From Chiloscyllium plagiosum (lineage: Eukaryota): a stretch of DNA of 64,000 nt. The notes beneath the pieces were generated by a model. It saw only the letters and a list, made by a program, of their open reading frames with translations. It ran no database searches and was not told the origin of the DNA. The position numbers were made by a program, and so were the translations under genes. Below are positions 1 through 12,869 of this stretch, in pieces; the stretch's first letter is position 1; every line of letters starts with the position of its first letter. Where the stretch lies: contig NC_057754.1 of assembly GCF_004010195.1 (NCBI RefSeq), positions 13,522,506 through 13,586,505 of the forward strand, given 5' to 3'.

Positions 1-325
1 TATGCTCCCAACCTATGCTCCTCAGATCCTGTCTTACATCATCGTATTTACCCTTCCCCCAATTGTAAAACCTGCCCTGTTGCACACACCTATCCCTCTC
101 CATAACCAAGGTGAAAGTCACAGAATTGTGGTCATCATCTCCAATTTGTTCACCCACTAACAATCCCATCACTTGTCCCAGTTCATTACCGAGTACCAAA
201 TCCAATATGGCTTCCCCTCTGGTCGGACAATCTACATACTGAGTTAGAAAAGCTTCCTGGACACACTGGGCAAATACTGCCCCATCAATCTACTTGATAA
301 AAAGAGCTTCCAATCAATATTTGGG
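1..325 (-). mobile_element. CR1 LINE ORF2 fragment (C-terminal part of APE endonuclease)
   Basis: Minus strand reads CVQEAFLTQYVDCPTRGEAILDLVLGNELGQV...GDDDHNSV, the CR1 endonuclease PTRxxAILDL / DH motifs. Confidence 0.85.
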
Positions 326-1900
326 CCCAACACCGACCCCTGAGGCACTCCACTGGTCACAGGCCTCCAGTCCGACAAGCATACCACCACCATAGCCATT
401 TGCTTCATAACGTCAAGCCAATTGTGTCGCCAATCTGCCAGTTCACCTTGGATTCCATGCGATTAACCTTCCAGAGCGGCCCAGTATGTGGCTCTAGGCC
501 TTATTAAATACTTTACTGAAAACCATATAGACTATGTCCACCACCATGCTCTCGTCAACCTTCCTGGTCACTTCCTCAAAAATCTCGAACAAAATTTGTA
601 AGGCATGATCCGCCACGTGCAAAGCCATGCTGACTACTCCAAGTCAAACACTTTCTTTCCAAATGCATGCACATCTTATCTCGCAGAAACTTCTCAAGTG
701 GTTTAGTGAAAGCAGGTGTGAAGCTTACTGGCATATATATTTCCTCGGCTTTTCTTTGCAGCCCTTCTTGAATAAGGGCACAACATTTGCTACCGCCCAG
801 TCTTCTGGGACCTTGGATCCTAAACTTTATCTTTGGCCTCTTGCAGTGCTCTTCGATATATCTGGTCAGGACCGAGAGTTTTGTCTGGCTTTGTGCATTC
901 TAATATGCACCTCTACTGTGATATGGACAGTACCAAGATATGATAACTAACCTCCTAAAGGTCAGAAATCTTCATGTCTTTCTTCATGGTAAACAGAGAG
1001 GAAATTGAGGACTTTACCCATCTTTTCAGGTTTTACACTTGCATGCTTATTTTGGATTTTAAGGCATCCTATTCTCTCTCTAGCTGTTCTTTTTCTTGAC
1101 TATACAGAATTTGGATTCACCCCAATCTTCTTAGCCAAGACTATCTCATACCCAGTTTTCGCCTTGTTAATTTTCTTCTTCAGTAAACTCCTCTATCCCC
1201 TGTATACCTCCAGGGATTCCCTTGATATGAGCTGCCTGAACCTGAGCCACGCCTTCGTTTTTTCTGGTCAAACCCTCACCATCTCTTGACATCCAGGGTT
1301 CTCTCTTCCAGTCTAACTTTACCGTCACCCTCACAGGAAAATGGAAACCTTGAACTCGAGCTATCTAACTTTTAAAGCCCTCCCATTTGCCAGAGATCCT
1401 TTTATCTCGAAACAAACTACTCCAATCATCCCTTGCAATCCCCTGTCTAATTCCAACAACATACGCCTTGCCCCAATGTAGAACTTGAATCTGTCGACCA
1501 ATTTTGTCCTCCCATAACTATTTTAAAATTAATACAACTCTAATCACTTTTCCAAAAATGCTCCCCCACTTTATCTCCTTCACCTATCCTGCCCTATTTC
1601 CCAACAGTAGGTCGAATTTGTCCCTTCCCGAGTAGGATACTCTATATATTGCTTGTGGAAACTTTCCTGAACACACTTAACAAATTACGTTCCTTCTAAG
1701 TTCTTAATCATCTGGAAGTCCCAGTCTATGTTAGAAAAATTAAAATCACCTATTATAACAATCCTATTGTTCCTGCAAGTCTCCCCAGTCTCCCTGCATA
1801 TTTCTTCCTCGAATTCCCATTGTTAATTTGGAGGCTTATAGTGCAACCACTATAACATTACCATCCCCCTGTAATTACTTTGCCCCATTCACAAAACCTC
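323..1900 (-). mobile_element. Decayed CR1 LINE ORF2 (endonuclease to RT)
   Basis: Minus strand has HYKPPN and IIGDFNF near 1740-1850, PLFKKGCKEKP near 750-780 and VTSGVPQGSVLGP at 323-360; many stops and frameshifts. Confidence 0.9.
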
Positions 1901-2069
1901 ATTGGATATTATCTCAGTTATTTCAACTTTAAATACTGGTGTGACACTCGCCTTAATTCGAACTATTGGTATTTAAACTGTTTCCATTTACATCTCTCCA
2001 TCGCAGTGATTTTCACATCCACGGCACCCCTTGTCAAGGCACAGTGGAGATACGGAGCTGTAAATGGAT

Positions 2070-2300
2070 AGGAACTGGGCAGCGATCTAACACAGTGTTA
2101 CCGAACAATGCAATAATCTGGGTTTATATATGAATGAACCAGTGCGGTCTGCACAGCCCCCCAAGTTGGTCATTTAGCCCATGATTATAGATCAGGCATC
2201 GGTGTGGGCTGCACAGAGTTCCATTCTGGATATTGCTGGGTTGCATTCAGCAGTACGCTAGCCGGATCTACACAGTGCTCCATCCTGAAAGTATCATGAA
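2070..2300. repeat. Degenerate ~60-bp tandem repeat (core ggtctgcacag), about 4 units
   Basis: Recurring gatctaacacagtg / ggtctgcacagccc / gggctgcacagagt / gatctacacagtgc; a related unit lies near 7975-8010 and its mirror near 23830-23865. Confidence 0.45.
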
Positions 2301-2619
2301 TGGGGTGGTTATGTGAGTTGGATTGAGAATGTGAGAGAACTAAACATCTGGCAATACCTTTTTTTTTTTGTTTTCATTCTTGTGATTGGACCCTTCCAAT
2401 CCTGACTCATCTGGTGAGACCCATCCTTCTGGATAAGTCATGGTGACTCTTGTTATAGCATCTGAGTCTGCAACATGACCAACAAATGTACAAGCGGCTG
2501 CAGAGAGGGGAGTCTCCGTAAAATGGAATGAGGGAATCACAATCAGATCAGCCTTGGTCTTAGCGAATGGTGGGGCAGGATTGAATGGACCATGAATGTG
2601 CAACTTATTCATATATTTC

Positions 2620-3260
2620 TGTTTGTTCCAAGCAAACTCCCCTTCTCTTCCAGTGTCCCATACTGGTGGGGAGTGAGTCACCTCCTCCTGTTCCTGCGTG
2701 ACAGGATGCTCGGGCCTCAGTAGCCTCCAGATTTCCCTGTGCACCAGTTTTGAGCAGTTGAGTGATTGCCTCCTGTTCCTGTGTCCCAGTCTCGAAAAGT
2801 TGAATGACTAGCTGCTGTTCCTGTGTCCCAGTCTCGAGCAATTGAAAGACTTCCTCCTGTTCCTCTGTTCCAGTCTCGAGCAGTTGAGTGACTGCCTTCT
2901 GTTTCTGTGACCCAATCTCAAACAGTTGAGAGAATGCCTCCTGTTCCTGTGTTCCAGTCTTCAGCAGCTGGGTGACTGCCTCCTAATCGAAGTTTTGTGA
3001 AAATAGATGTCCTCCAACTGCTCCAGACTAACAGGCTCCAATAGTTCTGTGCTCAACTGCTGCTCCTGTGGAATGGAATTGAGGGACTGAATGGCCTCTT
3101 CACTTTATTTACAGCTTTTCTTGAATAAAAGCCTTTCTCCTGTTTCTGTAAAACACCGTCAATATCTGAATGATTTTTTTTATTTGACTGTCCGTTATTG
3201 AGCAAACAAGCTGACTGACAGAATTCAGAAGCTGAATAGCCTCCTCCTGCTCCCATGTTA
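2620..3260 (+). repeat. 42-bp minisatellite related to the CR1 3' end
   Basis: Units such as gtgtcccagtctcgagcagttgagtgactgcctcctgttcct, best conserved at 2760-2990; follows a CR1 3' end at about 2510-2600. Confidence 0.8.
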
Positions 3261-3264
3261 AACA

Positions 3265-5790
3265 CTCAAGAGTCAATAGACTCTCAGAGATGTACAGCAC
3301 GGAAAAAGATCCTTCGGTTTGATCATCTATACCGACCAAATATCCTAAATTAATTTAGTCCCCCTTGCCAGCAGTTGGCCCATCTCCCTCTAAACACTTC
3401 CCATTCATGTATCCATCCAAATGTCTTTTAAAAGGTGTAAATTTACCTGCCTCCACTACCTCTTTTGGCTGTTCAATCCATACACACAGAAGTCTCTGTG
3501 TGAAAATGTTGTCCCTCGTGTCCCTTTTTAAATCATTCATCTCTCACCTTAAACCTTTGTCTTCTATATTTGAACTCGTCTATCCTGGGAAAAGACGTTG
3601 ACTGTTTACCTTATCTATGCCCCTCATGATTTTATAAACCTCTTTAAGGTCCCCCCCCCCTCTCAGCATCAACATTTGAAAATAGTCCCAGCCTATTCAA
3701 ACTCTTCCTGTTGCTCAAAGCCTCCAACACCTGCAACATTCTTTTTAATCTCTCCTGCACATTTTCAAGTTTGACCACATCTTTCCGACAGCAGGGTGAC
3801 CAGAATTAAAGGCAATATTACAAAAGTGGCCAACCAATGCCCATTACAGATGCAACATGTTATGCAAATGCTTAGACTCAAATCACGCACCAATAAAGGG
3901 AAGAACAGCGAGTGCGTTCTTCACTGCGCTGTCTACCCCTGTGACGGCACTTTTAAGGAACTGAGAACCTGCACCACAAGGTGCCTCAGAGGACAGCAAT
4001 TTGGGTTTAATTCCATCCTTGAATGACTGGCTTTGTGGAGCTTGTACATTCTCCCCGTGTCTGTGTAAGTTTCCTCCAGGTGCTATGCTTTCCTCTGACA
4101 GTATAAAGATAAACAGGTAAGCATAGATTGGCCAGCCTAAATTGTGCATAGTACCCTGGGATGTGTGGGCGAGGTGGATTAGCCATGGGAAATGCAGACT
4201 CAGAGGGATAGGGTAGGGGTTTGTCCATTGGGATACTGTTTAGAGGGTCGGTGTGGTCTCGATGGGCCGAATAGACTGTTTCTTCACTGTAGGGATTCTA
4301 TAATTTCTATGGAGTTATCCTTGATTGGCAACTTTCGACAGGACCATACCTATATGTCTTGCCCTGATTTTTCTTGCCAAATTGCAGCACCTCACATTTA
4401 TCTAAAATAAACTCCATCTGCCACTCCTCAGCTCACCTCATCAACGTCCCATTATATTCTGAGACATTATTATTCACTGTCAACTATACCACCAAATTTG
4501 GAATTATCTACATACTTACTGACCGTACTTCATATACTCATGTACAAATGATTTGTACAAGTAACAAAAGGCAGTGGAGTCACTATTGATCTTTGTGGCA
4601 CGCCACTAGTCACGGGTCTCCAAGTTCAATGAACAAATGTCCACTGTCACGCCCTATCTCCAATATTCAAGAAATTTTGGATCTAAATCTAACCTTGCTA
4701 ACCAGTCTACCATGTAGAACATTTTGGTTTTCATACTGAATTGCATAAAGACAGCATCACTGTCCTGCCGTCATCAATCATTCTTCATCACTTCCTCAAA
4801 AAATTCCACCGAGTCAGTGAGACGCGATCTCCAATGTACAAAACCTTCTTCAGTCTTTCCAAATACATATACATCCTTTCCCTCAAAACCCCCCCAACAA
4901 TTTAGTTACCATTGACGTCAGGCTCACCGATCTATAGCTACCTGGTTTTTCCTTATTTTCCTAAATAGTGACACAATGTTAGCAGCCCTCCAGACTTTTG
5001 ACGTCTCACCTGTGGAAATCAATGATACAGATATATCAGCAAAAGGCTGAGCAATCTCTTTCCTAGCTACCCACAAACTTCTGGGATACAACTGATCAGG
5101 TCCCAGAGATTTGTTCACCTTTTATATGTTTTTAAATGTCCAACATCTCCTTGTAATAGATAGTTTTCAAGATATCACTATACATTTCTTCATTGTCTCG
5201 CTCTTGTAACCTCCTCTACATTAAATACTGAGGAGAAACACTTGTTTAGTATCCGTTCCATCTCCTGTGGTTCCGCACATAGGTAGCCTTACTGACCTTT
5301 AATGTGCCCTATTCTCTCCCTAGTTAATATGTTGCCATTAAAGGACCTGTAGAGTTGCTTCAATGCCTCATTAACTCTATTTCTAATACCATCTCATGTC
5401 CATATTTTTCTGGCTGGAGTTCCCCGTTGACTATACACTTACTGCCCTTATGCTCCTCTCAGGACTCACTTGATCTCAGCTCTGTTTACCTGATATATGC
5501 CTCCTTCCTTACCTTGACCAGAGCATCAATATATCTAGCCATCCAGCAGTCTCTGCACCCACCAGCCTTGCCCATCTCACTAATAGGATCACATTGGCTC
5601 TGAACTCTCTGAAACCAAGTTTTGATGGCCTTGCATTTTCCAACCATCCCTTTACCTGCGAATAGCGTATCCCAATCAGTCTTTCTCAGGGCTCGCCTAA
5701 CACTTTCAAAATTGGCCTTATTCAAAGTTAGAACTTTAATGTTTACATCAGGTCTTTCCTATTCCACAACTAGTTTAAAACTAATATTTA
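3265..5790 (-). mobile_element. Decayed CR1 LINE (3' UTR, RT and linker), interrupted by a SINE
   Basis: ORFs 3355-3540 (FTQRLLCVW...FKRHLDGYMN), 4924-5118 (KSLGPDQLYPR...WRAANIVSLF) and 5486-5725 (KANFESVRRAL); 3' tail near 3270-3340. Confidence 0.85.
3985..4310 (+). mobile_element. HE1-like V-SINE, 5' partly missing
   Basis: V-domain tgtggagcttgtacattctccccgtgtctgtgtaagtttcctccaggtgc; LINE-like 3' end gggccgaatagactgtttcttcactgtagggattcta. Confidence 0.85.
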
Positions 5791-5975
5791 TGTATAACAG
5801 ACTTGAAAGTTAAATACAACTGCCCCTCTGCAACAGACTTGAGAGGCTTAATAGGCTCCTCCTGTCCCTCTGTAATAGACTGGAGAGGCTGAATTACCTC
5901 CTCCTGTCCCTCTGAAATAGACTCCAGAGGCTTCATTGCTTCCTCCTGTCCCTGTGAAACAGACCCGAGACATCA
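5790..5975 (+). repeat. 42-bp minisatellite (CR1 3'-end-derived family)
   Basis: About 4 units of tgtaatagactggagaggctgaattacctcctcctgtccctc. Confidence 0.75.
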
Positions 5976-6499
5976 AATGACACAGCAACCCGTGGATTAC
6001 GAGCAGCCGTTAAACTGTATCTAATGGAGGTCCGTCCCTTCTCAGTTACAGAAACACAGACAACACAATGTACTCCAGGTGCCCTCTCAGTAACAACTCA
6101 TACAGCTGCAGCGACATATCTCTTTGTTTTGAATGATTCTGTTGGCAAAATATGCCAATATTCAAGATTTCCACCTTTTCAAGTAGCAACAGGCTAATAT
6201 GGGCTGAATGGCCTTCTCTTATCTCTCTCTAAGATGTCCATAGGGACAGAATTGCTTCGGCCTGTTCCTGAGCAGCAGTCTCAATGCTCTGCCTCAAGGT
6301 TATGAAAGGATTTGACAACAGGGCATTAATACCAGGAGTAGCCTCACACTGGTCAATTTGTACCGTACTTTGTGTTCAGCTATCTATAAACTTGCCCACC
6401 CGACTTTTTTGTATGCAGCCGATCTGTTATTTTATAACTGCCTCCTTTCATAAAGAGAGTGGAACAGATATAGACCGCTGCAGTGTTCTGTTAATACTC

Positions 6500-7700
6500 T
6501 CATGTACAAGGAAAAAAAGATTAAAAATATTGAAAGATTTATGGTCCATCGCTCAGCAATCCTCATCCATTCCATCCAAAACCAGTACATGAAAAATGAT
6601 GTATTGAACTGGTTAACTGAGACTATTTGTTCAGTGACTGCGATTAATGCCATTATCCATGGATTCTAATTATTTCAGTGTAGGGTTTCCATCTTTTAAT
6701 GATAACTGCGCTCCGTTCAATGTGTCAACCCATAACATGAGTGGGAGCATCACCGACAGCACTGACAGGGATCAGCAGATCCAGAGAGAGGGGAAGGAAA
6801 GATCAGAAACTGAGAACATTAGACTGGAATGTTCCAACAATGGATCAGAATCTGAGAACATTAGACTGGAATATTCTAACAATAGACAGGCGCTTATCCG
6901 ATTATGTTTGGTATCTTCCTGCATTTGATTGGTTGTCATTATCATCACTGATCTATTACGCTCTTCTTATTATTCAATACTTTTATTATCCCTTCCTGGC
7001 TATCGTTGATGGTCCTGGTGAGTGTTTTGTTTTCTATAAACCAGTTATGACTGTATTATTGTTATTTCATATAGTCTACACTTCTTGTCACTATTATTGT
7101 TCCTGTTGAATCTCAATCCAGATATTCACTCTACAGACCACTATTAACTGTATCAATGAAGGTGTTCAATTACTGCCTCGCTCTCTGCTCTGGCAGTGTT
7201 ACTCACGGGTCTCGATGTTGACCTATTCAGTTTCAGCGGAGAACCACAATGAATTGTACCAATGCCTTTGCTGTTAAGAGCATGGAGGTCACTGTCTACT
7301 GTTCTGGTTACAAACTCCACTTCCTTCCACTGTTTCCATCCCATCCCTGGCCAATATCTGCAGCTGAAGTAGACAAGTCACAACTGTGGGAGATCCCTTT
7401 GACTATGAGCTGATTCTTGACACCATTACCTGACTTGAAATACTCGCCACTCCAGAATATACCTCACTGGCTTAGTCCATCTGTTGTTTGAATGTTGAGC
7501 TATGAAGTGCAGTCTTAATGAAGCAAATAATCTGTTGTTGACGCTCCCGGCTTCAAACCTGCACAAGCAAATCTGATTCGAACTCACACCAAACTCCCAT
7601 CCATCTGTCATTCATGTGCACACCGACGTATATTGCTGTTTTGTCTGGCAATGCCTTTATTTTAACATTCTCAAACACTTTATCTCATCTGTCCATGAAA
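6500..7700 (+). mobile_element. Possible very old L2-type LINE remnant
   Basis: Weak similarity only: AILIHSIQNQYMKNDVLNWLTET resembles an endonuclease N-terminal LTETW motif, and 7590-7680 resembles the L2 ORF2 C-terminus (ITPVLxxLHWLP...FKIL). Confidence 0.3.
6801..6885. repeat. Local ~42-bp tandem duplication
   Basis: gatcagaaactgagaacattagactggaatgttccaacaat is followed by gatcagaatctgagaacattagactggaatattctaacaat. Confidence 0.85.
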
Positions 7701-8519
7701 CTTCCTTCGTTCTTTCTGTTGATTAACAAAAAGCCTGCCAGTTGTTCGTATTTAAAATTGTTTTCTCCATGTGCGTTCGTTCTCAAACAATGAGTTTCGC
7801 ATTCAACCAATCGCGTGCACACACAAGCACTCTCTCTAAGTCTCTGATGAACACATACACACGCAGAGAGAGCACACCTTCCCATTGTAGGCAGTAATCT
7901 GATGCGAGTATAGTTAGCAGATGATAGTAAAGTTTGCAATACTCTCCAGATAGTGCAGTTTACTGAGCAACACACTAGCATGGTCTGCACAGCTCTCCAT
8001 GCTGGGTTGTCATCTTGTCTCACTTTATGTTGTTTGTGGTGTTCTGTGAAGCAGATTCAGAATTTGATGTAATAAACCATTTCAGCTAATCTGACAATGC
8101 CTTTATTCAATGTTCTCATTCTTGTAATTTAACTCACGAAGGTCTCACTTCTCCAGTTAGTCCCACTGCCCTGACTTTTTCCACATATTTCCACAGCATC
8201 TTTTCAGTTAATTAACTGTCTGTTTCTGTCTTTAATGTGAATCTCTCTGTCCCTTTGTATCTTTCCCTGGCCCTGGGTTTTGGCTCCCTCGTGTATCGAG
8301 TGCTGGCATTGCGTAGCTCATAAATAATGCAATGGCGTGTGCCAAGCTGTTGTTCATTTCCCGGTATGTCCCATGTGATAGTCCATGGACAGGTGTGTTT
8401 CAGAAGTTAAGAGAAACATCCTTGTAACTTGGTCTGTACCTGTGGCTGTCCCTGTCAGGTGACCTTGCGATCAGTAACATGAGGAAGCCCATTGAGTAAA
8501 CAACCAGGCATCTAAATTG

Positions 8520-11500
8520 CCTGACAATGCTGTCACGTTTGTTTTAAAAAAAGGTTATTTTCTCATTTTTATTTTAGTAAGAGGTCTTAAAGGCCAAACT
8601 GCCTACTGAAAACGGCTCAAGTAAATAAATTATGGGGTTTCTAAGGTTTTTCATAAATAGTAGTAACAATGGCCAGCTGGCACAGACCAGGCTTTCTAGT
8701 TTTTTTATTGTGGCTATAACAATCGCCAGGTGCTTGGGGTCCCAGACGTGTTGTAAGTTTTAGTAAATTATCCCTAGCTGCTATTCTCTCTGGAACCTCA
8801 CTTGATGCTGTTTCCTCCTGGACTGGAGAACGGTATGCAAGAATGCATGTCTTAACGCATGTCTGAATGTTACTTTTTGCCAAGGGGTGTGTTTAAGTGA
8901 TTTTAGGTATATTGGAACAGTTCATTTGTGGAAGGTACTGTATCCATTATTCGGTTAAGATTTCCAACAGTTCAGTTATTCTAAATTCCTCTTCATTTTG
9001 TATGGATTTTCATTAGAGTGTTTAATTATATTGTATTTTGCTTAATGGTGAGTGGTTTGACTAGTAGCATCATATCTGGAACTCCCAACTCACATCTACC
9101 TTTAAAATAAGAACAGGTTGAATTCCAAGCTACCTTCTTAAAATAGTTTGAGGCAGTCTGGTTGGTCTATAGCAAACTGGGGACTCTTGTCCGGTTCTAA
9201 ATCGATGATACCAAATTGGGTTTAGAATTTGCAAACAGGCCATTCGACCCAAACAGTCCACACCGACCCTCCGAGGAGTAACCTACCCAGACCCATTCCT
9301 CTACCCTATTATTACACATTTACCCCGACGAAGGCAACTAACCCACACATCCCTGAAAACTATGAACAATTTATCATGGCCAATACACCTGACATGCACA
9401 TCTTTGGATTGTGAGAGGAAACCAAAGCACCCAGAATAAGCTCATGCAGACACTGGACACTATGCACCGGGAGGCTAATGGATTCAAAGGTCGCATATGG
9501 TAGTTGTTAGTGTCTTTTTTTCCAGATGTTGAATTCGGTTTGTTTAAACAGTGTTTTCTGTACATACATTCAGTCACTAAGAGTTCCCTGGATGTGGAAA
9601 AGTGAAGTTGGGGTTTTACAAAAGGTAATGAAGGCAAAGCTATAGGAATTGACAGACAAGCTGGAGTTGGCGTTGCGTTTGTCTGTAAGAAAATGAGAGA
9701 TAATTACAGCTATAGCTCGGCAATTACATTTGGTGGAACCGCCATCAGACTCTCTGGAAATGACTAGAATTCAATTTCAAATGAGGCACCTTGAACGAGA
9801 AGGAATTGAAACAGTTTGACTTATGATTAAAAGTAGAAATAAAAGAAAGGGGAATGAAGAAGAAAGAGAGAAAAGGACAGAAGAAAAGCAAAGAGTTTCA
9901 ACTTAAAAAGTTAGCAATTAGAGAGGAAAGTCGACATAGAAGATGAAGGTAGACAGTCGGTGGGATGAGGAGGATAGTGAGGATGAGCAACACTATAGTA
10001 GTCAATGGCCGAATGGGGTTCTGTTTAAATACATCCAGACATCATCTAATTTGATGAGAAGTATGGGGAAGCCTTTTGAATTTCATTTGAGAAAGTGGCT
10101 ACACAAATGCAGAGAGCAGTGACCGTGTAGATTTAGTTGATACAAACAAAGCTGGTAGGTATTTGCATCCCTATCAGAGGATGGATTTGGCCAGTGTGGT
10201 TTGGTGAAGAAAGCCAGCTGAAGTACGAATGAGCTTGTGCCATAAGCTGACAGAGAGCATTTCAGGAATCTAAAAAAGGGTCCTTGGTTAAACGCACATT
10301 GAGTTTGAAAGGATCAAACAAAGTAACTTTGAAAGGTGGGTACGGGTATTAAAAAACAGAGCAAACCTATGACACTCTTAGAGAGATTCTTATTTTGGAG
10401 AAGTTCAACAATTCACTTCCTGCAGTCGTGAGAACTCGTGTGGAAGAGCAGAGAGTAACAATGGCAAGATTCGAAGCTGAAATGGCTGATGATGATGATT
10501 GAGTTCAGAAATCAAAGTTTGGTTTCTGTGAAAGATTGATAAGAATGTGCGAGATCTTCTTAAAACATTTACCTGTGAGAGTAAGGTTTACTGGCATAGG
10601 CCAGTAGCAGGTAAAGAGGTTAGAGGATTAAGAGGTACAAAAGTATGTCATTCATTTATGCTGAGACATGAGGAGCTATGTCTTTCAGAAGGACTATTAG
10701 AAAGATGAGGAGTGCTCCATTATGCAACGTGTGGTTGGAGTGTCCAGTGGAAACATCAACAGATTTATTTCACAATGGGGAAGGAGGCCTTGAGCTTAGT
10801 GTTGGTGTTACAACATTTCAGCATTTAAATTGCGAATAACATACATGAGACAAACCTGTATCACTGATCGTGACCCGGTAAAGTTTTTGCAGAAGTCTAG
10901 AGAGAAAAATACCAGTCTGTTTCGATTGTGCTTATTATTGCTGCCATTCAGTTTGAAATTATACAGGTGACAGGGCGAGAAAACCTAGATTTTGACATGT
11001 TGTGGAGACTTGGATGAAAAAAGACAAAGGTATTCTGTGGCAGGATTAAAATGACTGAAATCGAATCTAGCTGTGAGCATTTGTATGCTCAGAGTCAATG
11101 TAAAGTGTATGCATTTCAGTCTACTACGAGAGGAAGATTAGGAGGTCTAAAATGAATCCACCTTTGTACATTGATGAATGATTTTATTAAAGATAGAGTC
11201 GTGAGGTTACTATCACTGTCAAATGGTTATTTTCTCTTCGTTTTTTTTAAAGAGAGGTTTTAAAGGCAGAGGTGCAGAACTGCTGTCTGAAAACAGTTTA
11301 AGTAAATAACTGAGAAAGCCTTTAGGTTTCATTAAAGCGGTGGTAACAATGGAAGGGCAGTGGCCAGCTCTCCCAGACCAGGGTTACTCATTTTGTTTTT
11401 AGCTGCAGCATTCAGAAGCTGATGGGGATCCCAGAAGGGTTGGAAGTTTCAATACGTGATTCCCAGCTGCTTTTCTCTCTGAGATCTCTGTTGATGTTGT

Positions 11501-11818
11501 TTCCTCCTGGATTGGAAAACTGCTATCAGGATCTGTATTCGAATATATCTTTGTGCAAAGTGGTGTAAACCAAGGAGGTACAGTATCTATTGTTTGTGTA
11601 AGTGTTCCAACATATAAGCTATACCAAAATGATCTTTTCTTTGATTGTATTTTAACTAAAGCATTTTAATAGATTATATTTTGCTTAATGTCGTGTTGTT
11701 TGACCAGTCACAACATGTCTGGAACGCACACTTCACATCTTTATTCTAAATAAGGAACGGTTTGGGTCCAAACGGCTTTCTTAAAATACTTTGTGGGGAT
11801 CTAGTCTGGCCCACAACA
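8520..11818 (+). mobile_element. Internally deleted Gypsy LTR retrotransposon, Gmr1-like
   Basis: Two related ~620-650 bp LTRs (about 8520-9174 and 11200-11818, ending CA); tRNA-Pro-like PBS tggggactcttgtccgg at about 9178; gag remnant LREILILEKFNNSLPAVVRTRVEEQRV...EMADDD; RNase H remnant KEALSLVLVLQHF...DPVKFL...LLLPFSL just before the 3' LTR. Confidence 0.85.
9225..9460 (-). mobile_element. HE1-like V-SINE (5'-truncated) inserted in the Gypsy leader
   Basis: Reverse complement has gggtgctttggtttcctctcacaatccaaagatgtgcatg and a 3' tail ggactgtttgggtcgaatggcctgttt. Confidence 0.8.
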
Positions 11819-11849
11819 CTTATAACGGAGGGGTTTCTGACTGACTCCT

Positions 11850-12850
11850 GTTTTTGAAAAGTTAGTGGAGGGGCTGGGGATGGTTTGCTGGAGGTTGTGC
11901 TGTGAGCTGCCTCAAACATTCAGGGAGACCTGAGGATTTGGTGACCCAACTCTCGATGGAGCCTGGGGACTGTAGTTACAGCATCTGGGTCTATAACATG
12001 AACAACAAATGGAGCAGAGGCTGCAGAGAGGGGAAGATCTGAAATCATGGAGTGAGTGTGTGTGAGGAATAGGATCTGTGGTACCCACCCCTGGTTTTCC
12101 AGGAACAGCTTCCCAAGCTACACTTAACCCAGGAGAAGAGTGTGAGGGGACACTGATTGAACAAGGCACTGGTCACATATCGGCGTCACCTCCTTTAACA
12201 CGTCCTGCAGCTTCACGCCAGGGGAAGGACGATGCTGCCAGTGACTGTTCGGGTCACAGTTTCATTCAGCTTCTATGTTCCGGAACTTTCCAAACAGGAC
12301 TGGGTGACATATCCATCATCTCCCAGTATGGTGCCATCAATGTAACCATTCAGTGACGGATGATATATTTGGTGGATGAGGTAAATACATTGTTTCTCCC
12401 TCAGCAGGGAGCTGCTGGGTGGATCCAGTATTGTGGGATTCCCGATGGTGTACATGGCATCTGCGGAGTTGCCGTGTCAATAGGGAGAGGTAGAGGAACT
12501 GAAGGAGCACTCTCTGTATTAATCTTGCAGCGTGCCCATCACAGTACACCATGTTGGTGAATACCCCTGTCCAGACAGCAGCCACAGTCTCGTCATTCAC
12601 AAGCAGGCAGCCAGTCCCATCGTCTTCGGGTCTCCATGAAGAAAGGAATGAATGTATCTTGGATAAAGGCTATCCTCTAGATACATGTTTGAAAACAGCA
12701 TCCCCATCACCAACCAAACATTTCAAAACATTCCATATGTAGGGAGAGAAATGGGGTCACTTGGAGCATCAACGAGCAAACGATCAGGGATGGCGCAAAA
12801 CCTCCCATGTCTGAATGGGTCTGAGTGAACCCCCCAGTACACAGTATCAT
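11850..12850 (+). mobile_element. PIF/Harbinger (HARBI1-like) transposase pseudogene
   Basis: Across frameshifts: GRTMLPVTVRVTVSFSFY, SGTFQTGLGDISIISQ, IVGFP, LDKGYPLDTCLKT, EQTI...LNGSExTPQY. These match Harbinger DDE transposase motifs (LxVxxKVxxALxF, SGSFQ...GISQ, GDxGYPL, RFRCLDxSGGxLQY). Confidence 0.85.
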
Positions 12851-12869
12851 TAATCCATGTAATCTCTCT

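Noticed and set aside
2091..2118. CACAGTG-12 bp-GCAATAATC as a V(D)J recombination signal
   Set aside because: The nonamer matches only 6/9, the heptamer belongs to a local degenerate repeat, and no V, D or J segment is adjacent.
6960..7400. Leader exon plus Ig-like exon (SMLTYSVSAENHNELYQC), or a PTP-like YWP exon on the minus strand
   Set aside because: Splice phases do not join the frames, stops intervene, canonical Trp/Cys spacing is absent, and an old L2 remnant explains the region at least as well.
11850..12850. Functional domesticated HARBI1 gene
   Set aside because: Multiple frameshifts and stops in both copies.
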